A DNA stretch of 64,000 nt, taken from the IMG/VR virus record IMGVR_UViG_3300028388_004019, positions 64,001-128,000 of that record. One strand, written 5' to 3'. Origin of the DNA: a virus. The notes under the pieces were generated by a model. That model saw nothing but the letters and a program-made list of their open reading frames with translations. It had not been told where the DNA came from and ran no database searches. Positions 1 to 8,806 of the stretch are shown here, in pieces (the stretch's first letter is position 1; each line of letters opens with the position of its first letter). The position numbers were made by a program, and so were the translations under genes.

Positions 1-3000
1 CACTGTTTGTGTCGGGGTAATTGTAGCAGTTGGAGTAACTGAAGATGTTGGAGTGACTGATGATGTCGGAGTATTAGTCGGAGTGACCTCAGGCGTTGAA
101 GATGCCGTCACAGTCTGTGTAGGGGTAAATGTTGGAGTAACCGTGGCAGTTACAGTCGGTGTAATACTTGCAGTCGGTGTTACCGACGCAGTAACAGTTT
201 GAGTGACAGAGGCAGTTGGAGTAACCGACGCAGTAGATGTCACCGTTTGTGTTGGTGTATATGTCGGAGTAACTGAAGGTGTCGGTGTTACCGACGCAGT
301 TGGTGTTGGTGTTGGAGTCGGAGCAATGAATATAACCTCAACGGGACATGTACACGCACTCGTATTAACATCAGTAATACCCCAAGTACTAATAGTCTCA
401 CCCGGAGGTAAAATGGAATTAAAATTATATTCAATTTGATGTTCATTAACCGGCATCGTTCTCACACCTGAATATGTGAATCCTGAACTACCTGTCATGA
501 AACCTGATATCTCATAATCACATAGTGATTCTGCAGGGTCCGTTAATGCAGCATCATTCCAAAGATTAATTCTAATCTTATCACCCTGGACAATGTAACC
601 AGCAATATACTGTGTTGTCTGTGGACATGTTGCCGATGGAGTTACCGTCTGTGTTGGAGTAATCGATGCAGTTGGAGTAATTGATGATGTCGGCGTTACA
701 GATGCAGTCGGGGTAACCGTTTGAGTAACTGAGGCGGTTGGTGTAACACTTGCAGTCACTGTTTGTGTCGGAGTAATTGTTGCGGTTGGCGTTACTGACG
801 ATGTTGGTGTTACAGAAGATGTTGGCGTATTAGTTGGAGTCACTGCAGGAGTTGAAGATGCAGTAACCGTTTGTGTCGGGGTAAATGTCGGAGTGACCGT
901 GGCAGTTACCGTTGGTGTTATTGATGCAGTAGGGGTAAACGTAGGTGTTACGGTCGCAGTTACTGACGGGGTAATAGATGCCGTAGGTGTTACTGATGCA
1001 GTTGGTGTAACAGAACTTGTAGGTGTATTAGTTGGAGTAACAGTATTAGATGGTGTTACGGTATTGGTCGGAGTCACACTTGCGGTTGGTGTGACAGAAG
1101 ATGTTGGAGTATTAGTTGGTGTAACTGCAGGGGTTGAAGAAGCAGTTACTGTTTGTGTCGGAGTAACCGTCGCAGTCCTTGTAGGTGTAACCGTTGGCGT
1201 TACTGATGATGTAGGTGTAAATGTCGGGGTAACAGTTGCGGTTCTTGTCGGCGTTACCGATGGAGTAACTGTTGATGTTGCAGTTACAGACGGAGTCGGA
1301 GTAACACTTGCGGTTGGTGTTACCGATGATGTCGGAGTGTTTGTAGGAGTAACACTCGAAGTTGGTGTAACTGAAGAAGTCGGCGTATTTGTTGGAGTTA
1401 CAGTATTAGAAGGGGTAACCGTATTTGTTGGAGTCACACTCGCAGTTGGAGTAACCGACGATGTCGGTGTATTTGTGGGTGTTACCTGAGCAGTCTGTGT
1501 AGGTGTATGTGTTGGTGTTACAGTAGATGTCGCAGTTACCGATGGTGTTGGAGTAACAGATGAAGTTGGAGTTACAGAAGCAGTAGGAGTATTTGTAGGT
1601 GTTACCGTATTAGTTGGAGTAACCGATGCGGTTGGTGTTACTGATGATGTTGGTGTATTTGTCGGAGTAACACTTGCCGTTGGGGTGACAGTAGAAGTCG
1701 CAGTAACCGAAGGTGTTGGTGTATTTGATGAAGTCGGTGTATTAGTTGGAGTTACCGCTGCCGTTTGTGATGGTGTCACAGATGCAGTTGGAGTATATGT
1801 TGGAGTAACAGTCGCAGTCCTTGTTGGCGTAACAGTTGGAGTAACTGAAGACGTTGGTGTAAATGTTGGTGTAACCGTATTAGATGGAGTAACAGTATTC
1901 GATGGTGTAACTGATGATGTAGGAGTATTTGTAGGTGTAACCGTATTAGATGGAGTAACAGTATTCGATGGTGTAACTGATGATGTAGGAGTATTTGTAG
2001 GGGTAACAGTATTTGACGGAGTTACAGTATTTGTTGGAGTATACGAAGGTGTTACCGTATTTGTTGGGGTAACCGATGCAGTTGGCGTAACTGAACTGGT
2101 TGGTGTATTCGTAGGCGTAACAGTATTTGTTGGAGTATACGAAGGTGTTACCGTATTTGTTGGGGTAACCGATGCAGTTGGCGTAGCAGTTCTTGTCGGT
2201 GTCCTTGTAGGACTTACCGATATCGAAGGAGTAACTGAAGGAGTAACCGTCGCGGTTCTGGTCGGTGTTCTAGTAGGACTTACTGAAATAGAAGGCGTAA
2301 CCGTTGCAGTTCTCGTAGGGGTCCTTGTAGGTGTTCTAGTAGGACTAACCGAAATAGAAGGCGTAACCGTTGCAGTTCTGGTCGGTGTACGTGTTGGTGT
2401 TGGTGTAGGTGATGGACATGACGGACACTCCCCATAACCACAAATACTCTCAATCCAGTTTGGTGCAGGTATAAATAAATCAGGAATACCAGTACTCGTA
2501 GATGTTATCTGATAACACGCATTATTACCAAATGGATTAATAACACCATCACCCTGAAATAATACCGTACCTGATGTTGTTGACGCAATGAAAGTATCAT
2601 TAGAGTCACAACAATTAACCATTAAATACTTATCAACAGCTGGTGTTGAAGTCGGTGTCGGAGTACGAGTTGGAGTACTCGTTGGAGTTCTTGTTGGAGT
2701 TCTTGTTGGTGTACGAGTTGGTGTCGGTGGTATTGTCGTAGGTGTAGGAGTAGGTGTCGGCGTTACAGGTGTGTCACCACAACATTCTGTACATGTTTGA
2801 TATGCAGTTGCACTACAAGTCTCCACAGGTTCACAATCAGGAACAATACCTTCAACAAAGTAACAACAACCATCACAGTTATCTAACTTAACAACTTGAC
2901 CAGCATTTGGACATGGACTTATATTAAGGGATACAAATTGACCAGAGTATTGATAGTTACATGTTCCACAAGCTTCTGGGTCAATATCAATACAAGGGAT

Positions 3001-3774
3001 AAGGAATGCACAACAGGTTTGATTAAGATTCATTATATCATAACCAACACCAGGTTCCATACCAGGTTCATAAGGTGTTGGAGTACCCTCACCCTCACAT
3101 TCTTCACAATTATTAAATGTCTGTACTACACTACCAATAAAACTAATATTAGCTTCTGAACAATTTTCAGCACATGAACCTGACCTGAAAACCTCCCAAC
3201 AAACATTAATATTATCAACAAAAGCCTGACCTACTTGAAGATTATAAACATTTTGTATACAGGCAACAGAACTTCTCGTCCTACAATCTCTAATACAAAC
3301 ATAACCTACATTGTGAACAATATACCCATCTAAGATATAGTAATTAGGACCACTAAGAGAAAGGTTATAGATTGGGTCGAAAGAATATACAATCTCTTTG
3401 GATTCAACAGGTTCGTGAATAACCTCACCGTCAACCATTTTAACCATATCGTATTCACCCCCAACAACTAAACTTATGGTGGAAACAAATTGATATTTTT
3501 CTTTGGTTTTGTGGTACGCTAATACGTGTTCATCAATAACACCCAACCCATTAATCTGAAGGTAATTACCCGATTCTTCTAATATCTCGGTAACCTCAGG
3601 AGATTGGACATTATCAACATTAATGGTAGGAAATTGGACCTCACGGAAGTCAACGCCGTTAACAATTTCAGGTATATCAAAAGAAAACAGTTGGTCCCCT
3701 AATTGAATATCTTCAATATTCTTTACGGAACCATCTGATAATAATACTTTCTGTCCTAACTTATAACCTGCCAT
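1..3774 (-). CDS. Large Hint-domain, Cys-rich, Thr/Pro-repeat (mucin-like) protein; 3'-partial, >1258 aa, absent from the supplied ORF track
   Basis: Translated by hand from ATG at 3774: MAGYKLGQKVLLSDGSVKNIEDIQLGDQLFSF...GVIDEHVL...IYNLSLSGPNYYILDGYIVHN|VGYVCIRDC..., then Cys-rich modules, long TPT/SVTP tracts and a globular domain (~330-630). No stop in the segments translated; the frame is open at base 1. TATTTATA motif 18 nt upstream. Confidence 0.9.
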   Translation of the reverse strand, partial: MAGYKLGQKVLLSDGSVKNIEDIQLGDQLFSFDIPEIVNGVDFREVQFPTINVDNVQSPEVTEILEESGNYLQINGLGVIDEHVLAYHKTKEKYQFVSTISLVVGGEYDMVKMVDGEVIHEPVESKEIVYSFDPIYNLSLSGPNYYILDGYIVHNVGYVCIRDCRTRSSVACIQNVYNLQVGQAFVDNINVCWEVFRSGSCAENCSEANISFIGSVVQTFNNCEECEGEGTPTPYEPGMEPGVGYDIMNLNQTCCAFLIPCIDIDPEACGTCNYQYSGQFVSLNISPCPNAGQVVKLDNCDGCCYFVEGIVPDCEPVETCSATAYQTCTECCGDTPVTPTPTPTPTTIPPTPTRTPTRTPTRTPTSTPTRTPTPTSTPAVDKYLMVNCCDSNDTFIASTTSGTVLFQGDGVINPFGNNACYQITSTSTGIPDLFIPAPNWIESICGYGECPSCPSPTPTPTRTPTRTATVTPSISVSPTRTPTRTPTRTATVTPSISVSPTRTPTRTATVTPSVTPSISVSPTRTPTRTATPTASVTPTNTVTPSYTPTNTVTPTNTPTSSVTPTASVTPTNTVTPSYTPTNTVTPSNTVTPTNTPTSSVTPSNTVTPSNTVTPTNTPTSSVTPSNTVTPSNTVTPTFTPTSSVTPTVTPTRTATVTPTYTPTASVTPSQTAAVTPTNTPTSSNTPTPSVTATSTVTPTASVTPTNTPTSSVTPTASVTPTNTVTPTNTPTASVTPTSSVTPTPSVTATSTVTPTHTPTQTAQVTPTNTPTSSVTPTASVTPTNTVTPSNTVTPTNTPTSSVTPTSSVTPTNTPTSSVTPTASVTPTPSVTATSTVTPSVTPTRTATVTPTFTPTSSVTPTVTPTRTATVTPTQTVTASSTPAVTPTNTPTSSVTPTASVTPTNTVTPSNTVTPTNTPTSSVTPTASVTPTASITPSVTATVTPTFTPTASITPTVTATVTPTFTPTQTVTASSTPAVTPTNTPTSSVTPTSSVTPTATITPTQTVTASVTPTASVTQTVTPTASVTPTSSITPTASITPTQTVTPSATCPQTTQYIAGYIVQGDKIRINLWNDAALTDPAESLCDYEISGFMTGSSGFTYSGVRTMPVNEHQIEYNFNSILPPGETISTWGITDVNTSACTCPVEVIFIAPTPTPTPTASVTPTPSVTPTYTPTQTVTSTASVTPTASVTQTVTASVTPTASITPTVTATVTPTFTPTQTVTASSTPEVTPTNTPTSSVTPTSSVTPTATITPTQTV
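1868..1999. repeat. Exact 66-bp tandem duplication inside the Thr/Pro tract
   Basis: 1868-1933 is identical to 1934-1999 (ggtgtaaccgtattagatgg...aggagtatttgta). Confidence 0.9.
2024..2185. repeat. Exact 66-bp direct repeat, offset 96 bp
   Basis: 2024-2089 is identical to 2120-2185 (acagtatttgttggagtatacgaagg...gcagttggcgta). Confidence 0.85.
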
Positions 3775-3792
3775 TTACTGATACACTTAACC

Positions 3793-3800
3793 TATAAATA
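3793..3800 (-). promoter_or_regulatory. TATTTATA motif (putative late promoter) upstream of the Hint/mucin gene
   Basis: tataaata on + strand; the same motif precedes ten gene starts in this window. Confidence 0.65.
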
Positions 3801-3820
3801 ATCGGTTAACCCCTTTTGTA

Positions 3821-6181
3821 TCAGGATTCTTTCCTCAAACTTCCGTCGTAATGGTCAAATCTATCGTGTTCAGTCGGACTTAATAACAAGATACCTGGTT
3901 TAATGTTACCCTTGATTGTTTCTTGGAACATATAAGACATCCAAGTTTGCTCATAAGGACGAGCCCATTTCTCCGTTAAGAACATCTTTTCATTACCGTA
4001 TTTCGATACAATCTGAGGCCAGTTACAGTAATAAATCTCACCATGTGCAAATGGTATTCCTTGGAATGTGTCTATTTTAGTGATTTTAGTTTTTGGTGCG
4101 TTAGGGTCCAATCCTTGAACAGGTAGATTTGGTTTTTCTGGCCAATGTTCTTCCCTAATATGTTGTGGAACATTATACCACGCCCATTGAACCGTATTGT
4201 CACCATAAAATTCTGTATAAGATAACTTTAAGAAATCAAAGTTGTTTTTCTTTGCAATTTTTAATGAGTTTCTGTATAGATTCTTCACATATCTGTTGAA
4301 TCCATTCTTACAAACCTCACCTTGTTTTGGATAGAAGAACATATCATCTTCAAAGAAGAAATAATAATCAAATCCTCTCTCCTCAGCATCCTCAGCAACC
4401 CACTGACGACCACCACAAATACCTAAGTTGTCTTTCTTAACATAAATCATATTATATTCTTTTGCCAACTCTTCATATTCAGGTGATGTCGATAAATCTG
4501 TTGAATTATCTAAGACAACCCATTGAGGTTTCGTCACAAAATCCTCATCATATTGTTTCATCGACTCAATCAATGTTTTTATCTGATTTGGACTATTAAA
4601 TGTAATAACATATAAACCTACATTGGTAATATCTAAATCATTTTTGATTACCTCAAACCTCATCTCATCCATCGGTTTGTGTCTATCCTGTTTGACATCC
4701 TCAAAGAACTTATTAATCAACCCATTCCCTTCGATTGGGAAGTATTGGTAGTTCTCAGGGTATCTATATAACAATAAGGTAAATAGAGACTCCTCAGTAC
4801 CCATATAACCCTGATTAAGGGTGGATTTCATAATACCGTAATACTCATTATTAAAATCAGCAATATCTTCAATAGGACCACCAAAGAACCCACCACGACA
4901 AACTTTATTGACTTTAGCATTTGCAATCTCATTCATCTTATTAATCTCGAAACCGTGAATCTCAGTATTCGATTCATAAGGGAACGCAATGAAAGTCATC
5001 TTATCAATCTTTGTCAACTTATCCAATACTCTATCATGTGTAAAGTAACCTGAATGTACGGTATTAGTAATACCAGCATCCAACCAGAATAAGTGTGTTG
5101 AACCAAACTTATCCATAATCTTAGCATCGTGTAACAAATATGGTTTTGACATCACCAATGGATTGTACATATCCAATCTACCTTGAGTAGATTCTGATAA
5201 CCATCCCACCTGATTTTGCCATTCAGGGTTTGTACGAATGTTTTGAATTGGTTCATAGAATTCTCCTTTGAACCACTCTTGGCTACGACTGATGAACTGT
5301 GTTGTCTCATCTGACCTTCTCTCCATAACAAAATCCCTTAATTCCTCATCACCAAATACAATCATGTTGTAAGGTATCTTAAGAATTTCATCAAATTTTT
5401 TTAAATAATGTTCAAAACTACGTGACCAACCTTCCGCTAATTCATCACGTTTAATGTTCCATAACCCTGTTACTATAGTAATTCCGTTGTTTTCCATTTC
5501 TCCGTAAAGTTCTTTATAAATGTATTTTTTTATTCCGACGATATCTCCGCCCTCAAGACCATAAACATAATCATGTTGGTCAAATTTTTGAATGATATTT
5601 TGTTGGTCTTCTTCTTCCAAACTTCCCCACTCTATTCTAACAATCTTTGGTGAATGTCTTTCAAAATCAATTTGTTTGAAGATAACATAGTCATGACCTT
5701 CAGCATCAATTTTAATAACATCATAATCAATGATTTCATGCTTATTTAATAATGAATCTAAGGTGATTGTTGGAACCTTAATTCTCACTCCATATTTTTC
5801 TACAGTATCTCTATCACCTTCACTAGCCAAACCATTTTTTGGTGGATATATTGCACTCATACCCATAAAACAATGGTGGATATCTTTATTTTCAATAGCA
5901 AAAGGATTGATGGTTAACATTTCAACCTCACCATTTTTATCAGACACCGCAGAGTTTTCAAACTTATGTTTGTCACCCAAATTCTTCACCAGTTTATGAA
6001 AGTAATAAGGAATCGGTTCCACATATAAACCTGTGAAATCATATGCGTTGGTATACCCGATTAATTCATCAAATGTTTGTCCGTCCATCGCACCAATATT
6101 AAGTGTAAACAATTTATGTCCTTGTTTACCCAAATGGTGAAGTGCGTGATTGAAATAATCTGTTTTTTCTAATTGAATCAT
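3821..6181 (-). CDS. Three-domain fusion: FkbM-family methyltransferase + HtrL/YibB(WlaTC)-type glycosyltransferase + GT-A (GT2-like) glycosyltransferase, 786 aa
   Basis: N-term LNIGAMDG..GLYVEP..TLDSLL..VIKIDAEGHD (FkbM); middle TIVTGLWNIKR..FWLDAG..RGGFFGG..MGTEESLF (HtrL); C-term YVITFNSP..VLDNS..NLGICGGRQ..YFFFEDD (GT-A). Confidence 0.75.
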   Translation of the reverse strand: MIQLEKTDYFNHALHHLGKQGHKLFTLNIGAMDGQTFDELIGYTNAYDFTGLYVEPIPYYFHKLVKNLGDKHKFENSAVSDKNGEVEMLTINPFAIENKDIHHCFMGMSAIYPPKNGLASEGDRDTVEKYGVRIKVPTITLDSLLNKHEIIDYDVIKIDAEGHDYVIFKQIDFERHSPKIVRIEWGSLEEEDQQNIIQKFDQHDYVYGLEGGDIVGIKKYIYKELYGEMENNGITIVTGLWNIKRDELAEGWSRSFEHYLKKFDEILKIPYNMIVFGDEELRDFVMERRSDETTQFISRSQEWFKGEFYEPIQNIRTNPEWQNQVGWLSESTQGRLDMYNPLVMSKPYLLHDAKIMDKFGSTHLFWLDAGITNTVHSGYFTHDRVLDKLTKIDKMTFIAFPYESNTEIHGFEINKMNEIANAKVNKVCRGGFFGGPIEDIADFNNEYYGIMKSTLNQGYMGTEESLFTLLLYRYPENYQYFPIEGNGLINKFFEDVKQDRHKPMDEMRFEVIKNDLDITNVGLYVITFNSPNQIKTLIESMKQYDEDFVTKPQWVVLDNSTDLSTSPEYEELAKEYNMIYVKKDNLGICGGRQWVAEDAEERGFDYYFFFEDDMFFYPKQGEVCKNGFNRYVKNLYRNSLKIAKKNNFDFLKLSYTEFYGDNTVQWAWYNVPQHIREEHWPEKPNLPVQGLDPNAPKTKITKIDTFQGIPFAHGEIYYCNWPQIVSKYGNEKMFLTEKWARPYEQTWMSYMFQETIKGNIKPGILLLSPTEHDRFDHYDGSLRKES

Positions 6182-6363
6182 TAACTAATTACAATAAAGT
6201 TTTTCTGCCACCCTTTATACTCAGTCCAAGTCTTACCCAAAAGTTCCGCAGTTTCAACTGCAAAATTGTATTCGTCTTCTCTGTATGTATCATCCATAAT
6301 AATTGGTACTGAAGTGTCCAATCCCTTTAACTTAGGGAAAATATAATTCAAAACTATATTCAT
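6181..6363 (-). CDS. 60-aa ORF resembling the isolated C-terminal end of a class I SAM methyltransferase (possible remnant)
   Basis: IIMDDTYREDE resembles the IVLDDxxRxxE end of Methyltransf_24-type enzymes. Coupled to its neighbours by ATGA and TAATG overlaps. No SAM-binding motif I. Confidence 0.4.
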   Translation of the reverse strand: MNIVLNYIFPKLKGLDTSVPIIMDDTYREDEYNFAVETAELLGKTWTEYKGWQKNFIVIS

Positions 6364-7238
6364 AATTGTTCAAAGAATTTGTAGAAGCTGATTTTACCCT
6401 CCAAAAATTCAGGTGTGACCGATTTATCAGTTAAGTTTGAGTCATCGTGGTACCACGTATTAAACTTAAAACTATTATAATTTTCAGGTTTGTCATAAAC
6501 CATTGTAGACATCATCGCCTCATGGTTCAAAAGAAACTCCTTATCCAAACACACCTGAGCGTAATTCTCAAACCTTTCAAAAAAGTCGGGTAACTTACTC
6601 ACATGACCACCAATAATACCACCAATAGATAAAGAATCATAGTTGTGGTCTTTCTCCAAAATATCATTCAATTTTCTGTGGTCGTGGAAGAATAATGTGT
6701 TTCTAATATCAATTAATCTATCACCGACCCAATTATTGATTTTGTTAAATAATAAAGTATTGAAAATACCATCGTAAGTATACCGATATTTATTCACAGA
6801 TAATCCAGTAATTTTATCAGCATTTGAGTTATACCGTCTCGGATATAAACCAAGATGTGATAATCCACAATCTATCCAATATAGATAATCAATCCCTTCT
6901 TCCATCTCATCTTCCATCAAAGCAATTTTAGCCCATCCGACTTCCAAATAAAATTTGAATTTATCAGGATTTTTTTCTTTAATTTCAATCATCTTTTTAC
7001 TATGACGAATATCTTCAAGTTCTTTGACTTTAATTGTTACATTATCTACCTGATTTTCATCCATATAGTTTTGTAACGCTTCTGCCGTGTTAGAACCTGT
7101 ATAACAAACAATCGGTAAACCCATTTCAGATAGTTGAACCAATGAATTGATGTACCTATCCCAACGAGCTTGAACCTTATGACCAAAGAAAGGGAAATCA
7201 CCCAAACCAAAATATAAAAAAGTTACTAATTTTGTCAT
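6360..7238 (-). CDS. HtrL/YibB (WlaTC)-type putative glycosyltransferase, 292 aa
   Basis: TKLVTFLY..PIVCYT..AKIALM..YLYWIDCGLSH..GGIIGG..NHEAMM; same architecture as the middle domain of 3821..6181. Confidence 0.65.
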   Translation of the reverse strand: MTKLVTFLYFGLGDFPFFGHKVQARWDRYINSLVQLSEMGLPIVCYTGSNTAEALQNYMDENQVDNVTIKVKELEDIRHSKKMIEIKEKNPDKFKFYLEVGWAKIALMEDEMEEGIDYLYWIDCGLSHLGLYPRRYNSNADKITGLSVNKYRYTYDGIFNTLLFNKINNWVGDRLIDIRNTLFFHDHRKLNDILEKDHNYDSLSIGGIIGGHVSKLPDFFERFENYAQVCLDKEFLLNHEAMMSTMVYDKPENYNSFKFNTWYHDDSNLTDKSVTPEFLEGKISFYKFFEQL

Positions 7239-8806
7239 TTTCTAAAGTAATAATCCTCTAATAAGAGACAATCCATTTCTGTTTTATCATAGACTTTTAA
7301 AGCATCTGAGTATCTTGAAAGAATAGGTTTACCGTTCACATTGAATGATGTATTTAATAAAACACCAATTCCTGATTTCTCTTCAAACTCAGTCAATAGG
7401 TTATACAACCAAGGATTTTGTTCTTCTGTAACTGTCTGAACTCGAGCAGTACCATCAACATGAGTAATCGAAACTAATTGCTCTCTCCACTCTTCTCTTA
7501 CCGTTGGACAAAAACTCATCCATCTACTCTCACCTTCGAAATCAAAGTATTTTTCAACATCTTCTAATTTACAAACTGGTGCAAATGGTCTGTACCATTC
7601 TCTATTTTTAACCTTCGCATTTAGAATATCTTTCATATCAGGATACGCTGGATTACAAATGATACTACGATTACCTAAAGCTCTCGGTCCATGTTCTGAC
7701 GTACCTCTTACAACACCAACAATTTTTCCATTGGATAAATCATCAGTCAAACTATCCATAGTCAACTCACGTCCTCGTCTTTCTTCAACGTGAGACATTA
7801 ATGTATGTCTGTCGAGAATCGGTACACCAGCATAAGTCACGTCAACCGCAGTTGCTGGTTTCATATGATTCAAAATCATACCAGTTGCAATACCACAGTC
7901 ATTTGGGTTAGGTGGAACAAACACAGGACGGTCTAATATCTGTTGTAGTTTGGTATTAAGAAGTATGTTAAGAGCACATCCACCAACTGTAATCAACGGG
8001 ATATCAGGATATTCATCCAAGAATGGTTGAGCCATCTCCATGAAAACATTTTCGAAGGCAATTTGTGAAGTTTTAGCAACGTCCCATCCTGTTTGTCCTG
8101 TAAATCGGTTATTCATATCGAAAACCAATCCTGTTTGTTCACCTAATTCACCCAAAAAATCGATATAGTTCAAACCATCGGGTTTTCTTCTATAGTAATT
8201 TTCGAAGTGTGGTAACCAATCTTCATTTACCTCACCATAAGAACATAGTCCCATGATTTTACCAGAATATACTAAGTTACCAATATTTAATGCGGGTTCC
8301 TTACGAATATCACCCAAATAATCACCAAATGACATATAAGGGAAACCTAAATCTAAATTATATTTGTCCAATAAGGTTATAGTTTCTCTATCAGACGCAT
8401 GATATACATTGAAGAAACCGTCATTACCACCTCCATCGAAAGAGATTATCAACGCTTCATTATAATCAGTCTGATATAAACCACAAGCCGCGTGACTCAA
8501 ATGGTGAAGACAGTTGATATGTTCTTTAGCAGGAATAAGTTTTTCATAGTGAACCTTAGTTCCACTTTCTAAAGTATCTGAGTTCAAGTAATAACACTTT
8601 TCATACTCAGAAATACCATATTCATCTTCGATAAATTTCAAGATATGTTTAAGTAGATAAGGTCTTGTATATGAAACCAAATACTGAGCATAACCAGCAT
8701 TCTTTTCACTCAAAAATCTTTCTACTTCAATTACTGTAATTAATTCTCCATTCTCCTCAACCGCAACCGCCGCGTTGTGAGAACCATAAAACGCAATATT
8801 CGCCAT
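7235..8806 (-). CDS. O-carbamoyltransferase, NodU/CmcH/TobZ family, 523 aa
   Basis: HHLSHA, SFDGGG, GKIMGL, GGCALN, PNDCG, GPRALGNRSI, KVKNREWYRPFAP, HVDGTARVQTV, LLNTSFN. Confidence 0.92.
   Translation of the reverse strand: MANIAFYGSHNAAVAVEENGELITVIEVERFLSEKNAGYAQYLVSYTRPYLLKHILKFIEDEYGISEYEKCYYLNSDTLESGTKVHYEKLIPAKEHINCLHHLSHAACGLYQTDYNEALIISFDGGGNDGFFNVYHASDRETITLLDKYNLDLGFPYMSFGDYLGDIRKEPALNIGNLVYSGKIMGLCSYGEVNEDWLPHFENYYRRKPDGLNYIDFLGELGEQTGLVFDMNNRFTGQTGWDVAKTSQIAFENVFMEMAQPFLDEYPDIPLITVGGCALNILLNTKLQQILDRPVFVPPNPNDCGIATGMILNHMKPATAVDVTYAGVPILDRHTLMSHVEERRGRELTMDSLTDDLSNGKIVGVVRGTSEHGPRALGNRSIICNPAYPDMKDILNAKVKNREWYRPFAPVCKLEDVEKYFDFEGESRWMSFCPTVREEWREQLVSITHVDGTARVQTVTEEQNPWLYNLLTEFEEKSGIGVLLNTSFNVNGKPILSRYSDALKVYDKTEMDCLLLEDYYFRK

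Noticed and set aside
203-2800. + strand V-G-V-T-rich ORFs (203..439, 893..1489, 1685..2437, 2588..2800) that look like hydrophobic repeat proteins
   Set aside because: They are antisense shadows of Thr/Pro codons of the real minus-strand ORF 1..3774.
1-2800. Periodic short repeats that might suggest a CRISPR array
   Set aside because: Degenerate codon-level repeats in an open frame; no constant repeat with unique spacers and no cas genes.
3310-3774. Canonical splicing intein
   Set aside because: No N-extein, no Cys/Ser at position 1, Val at +1 and no endonuclease domain; reported as a cleavage-only Hint domain instead.
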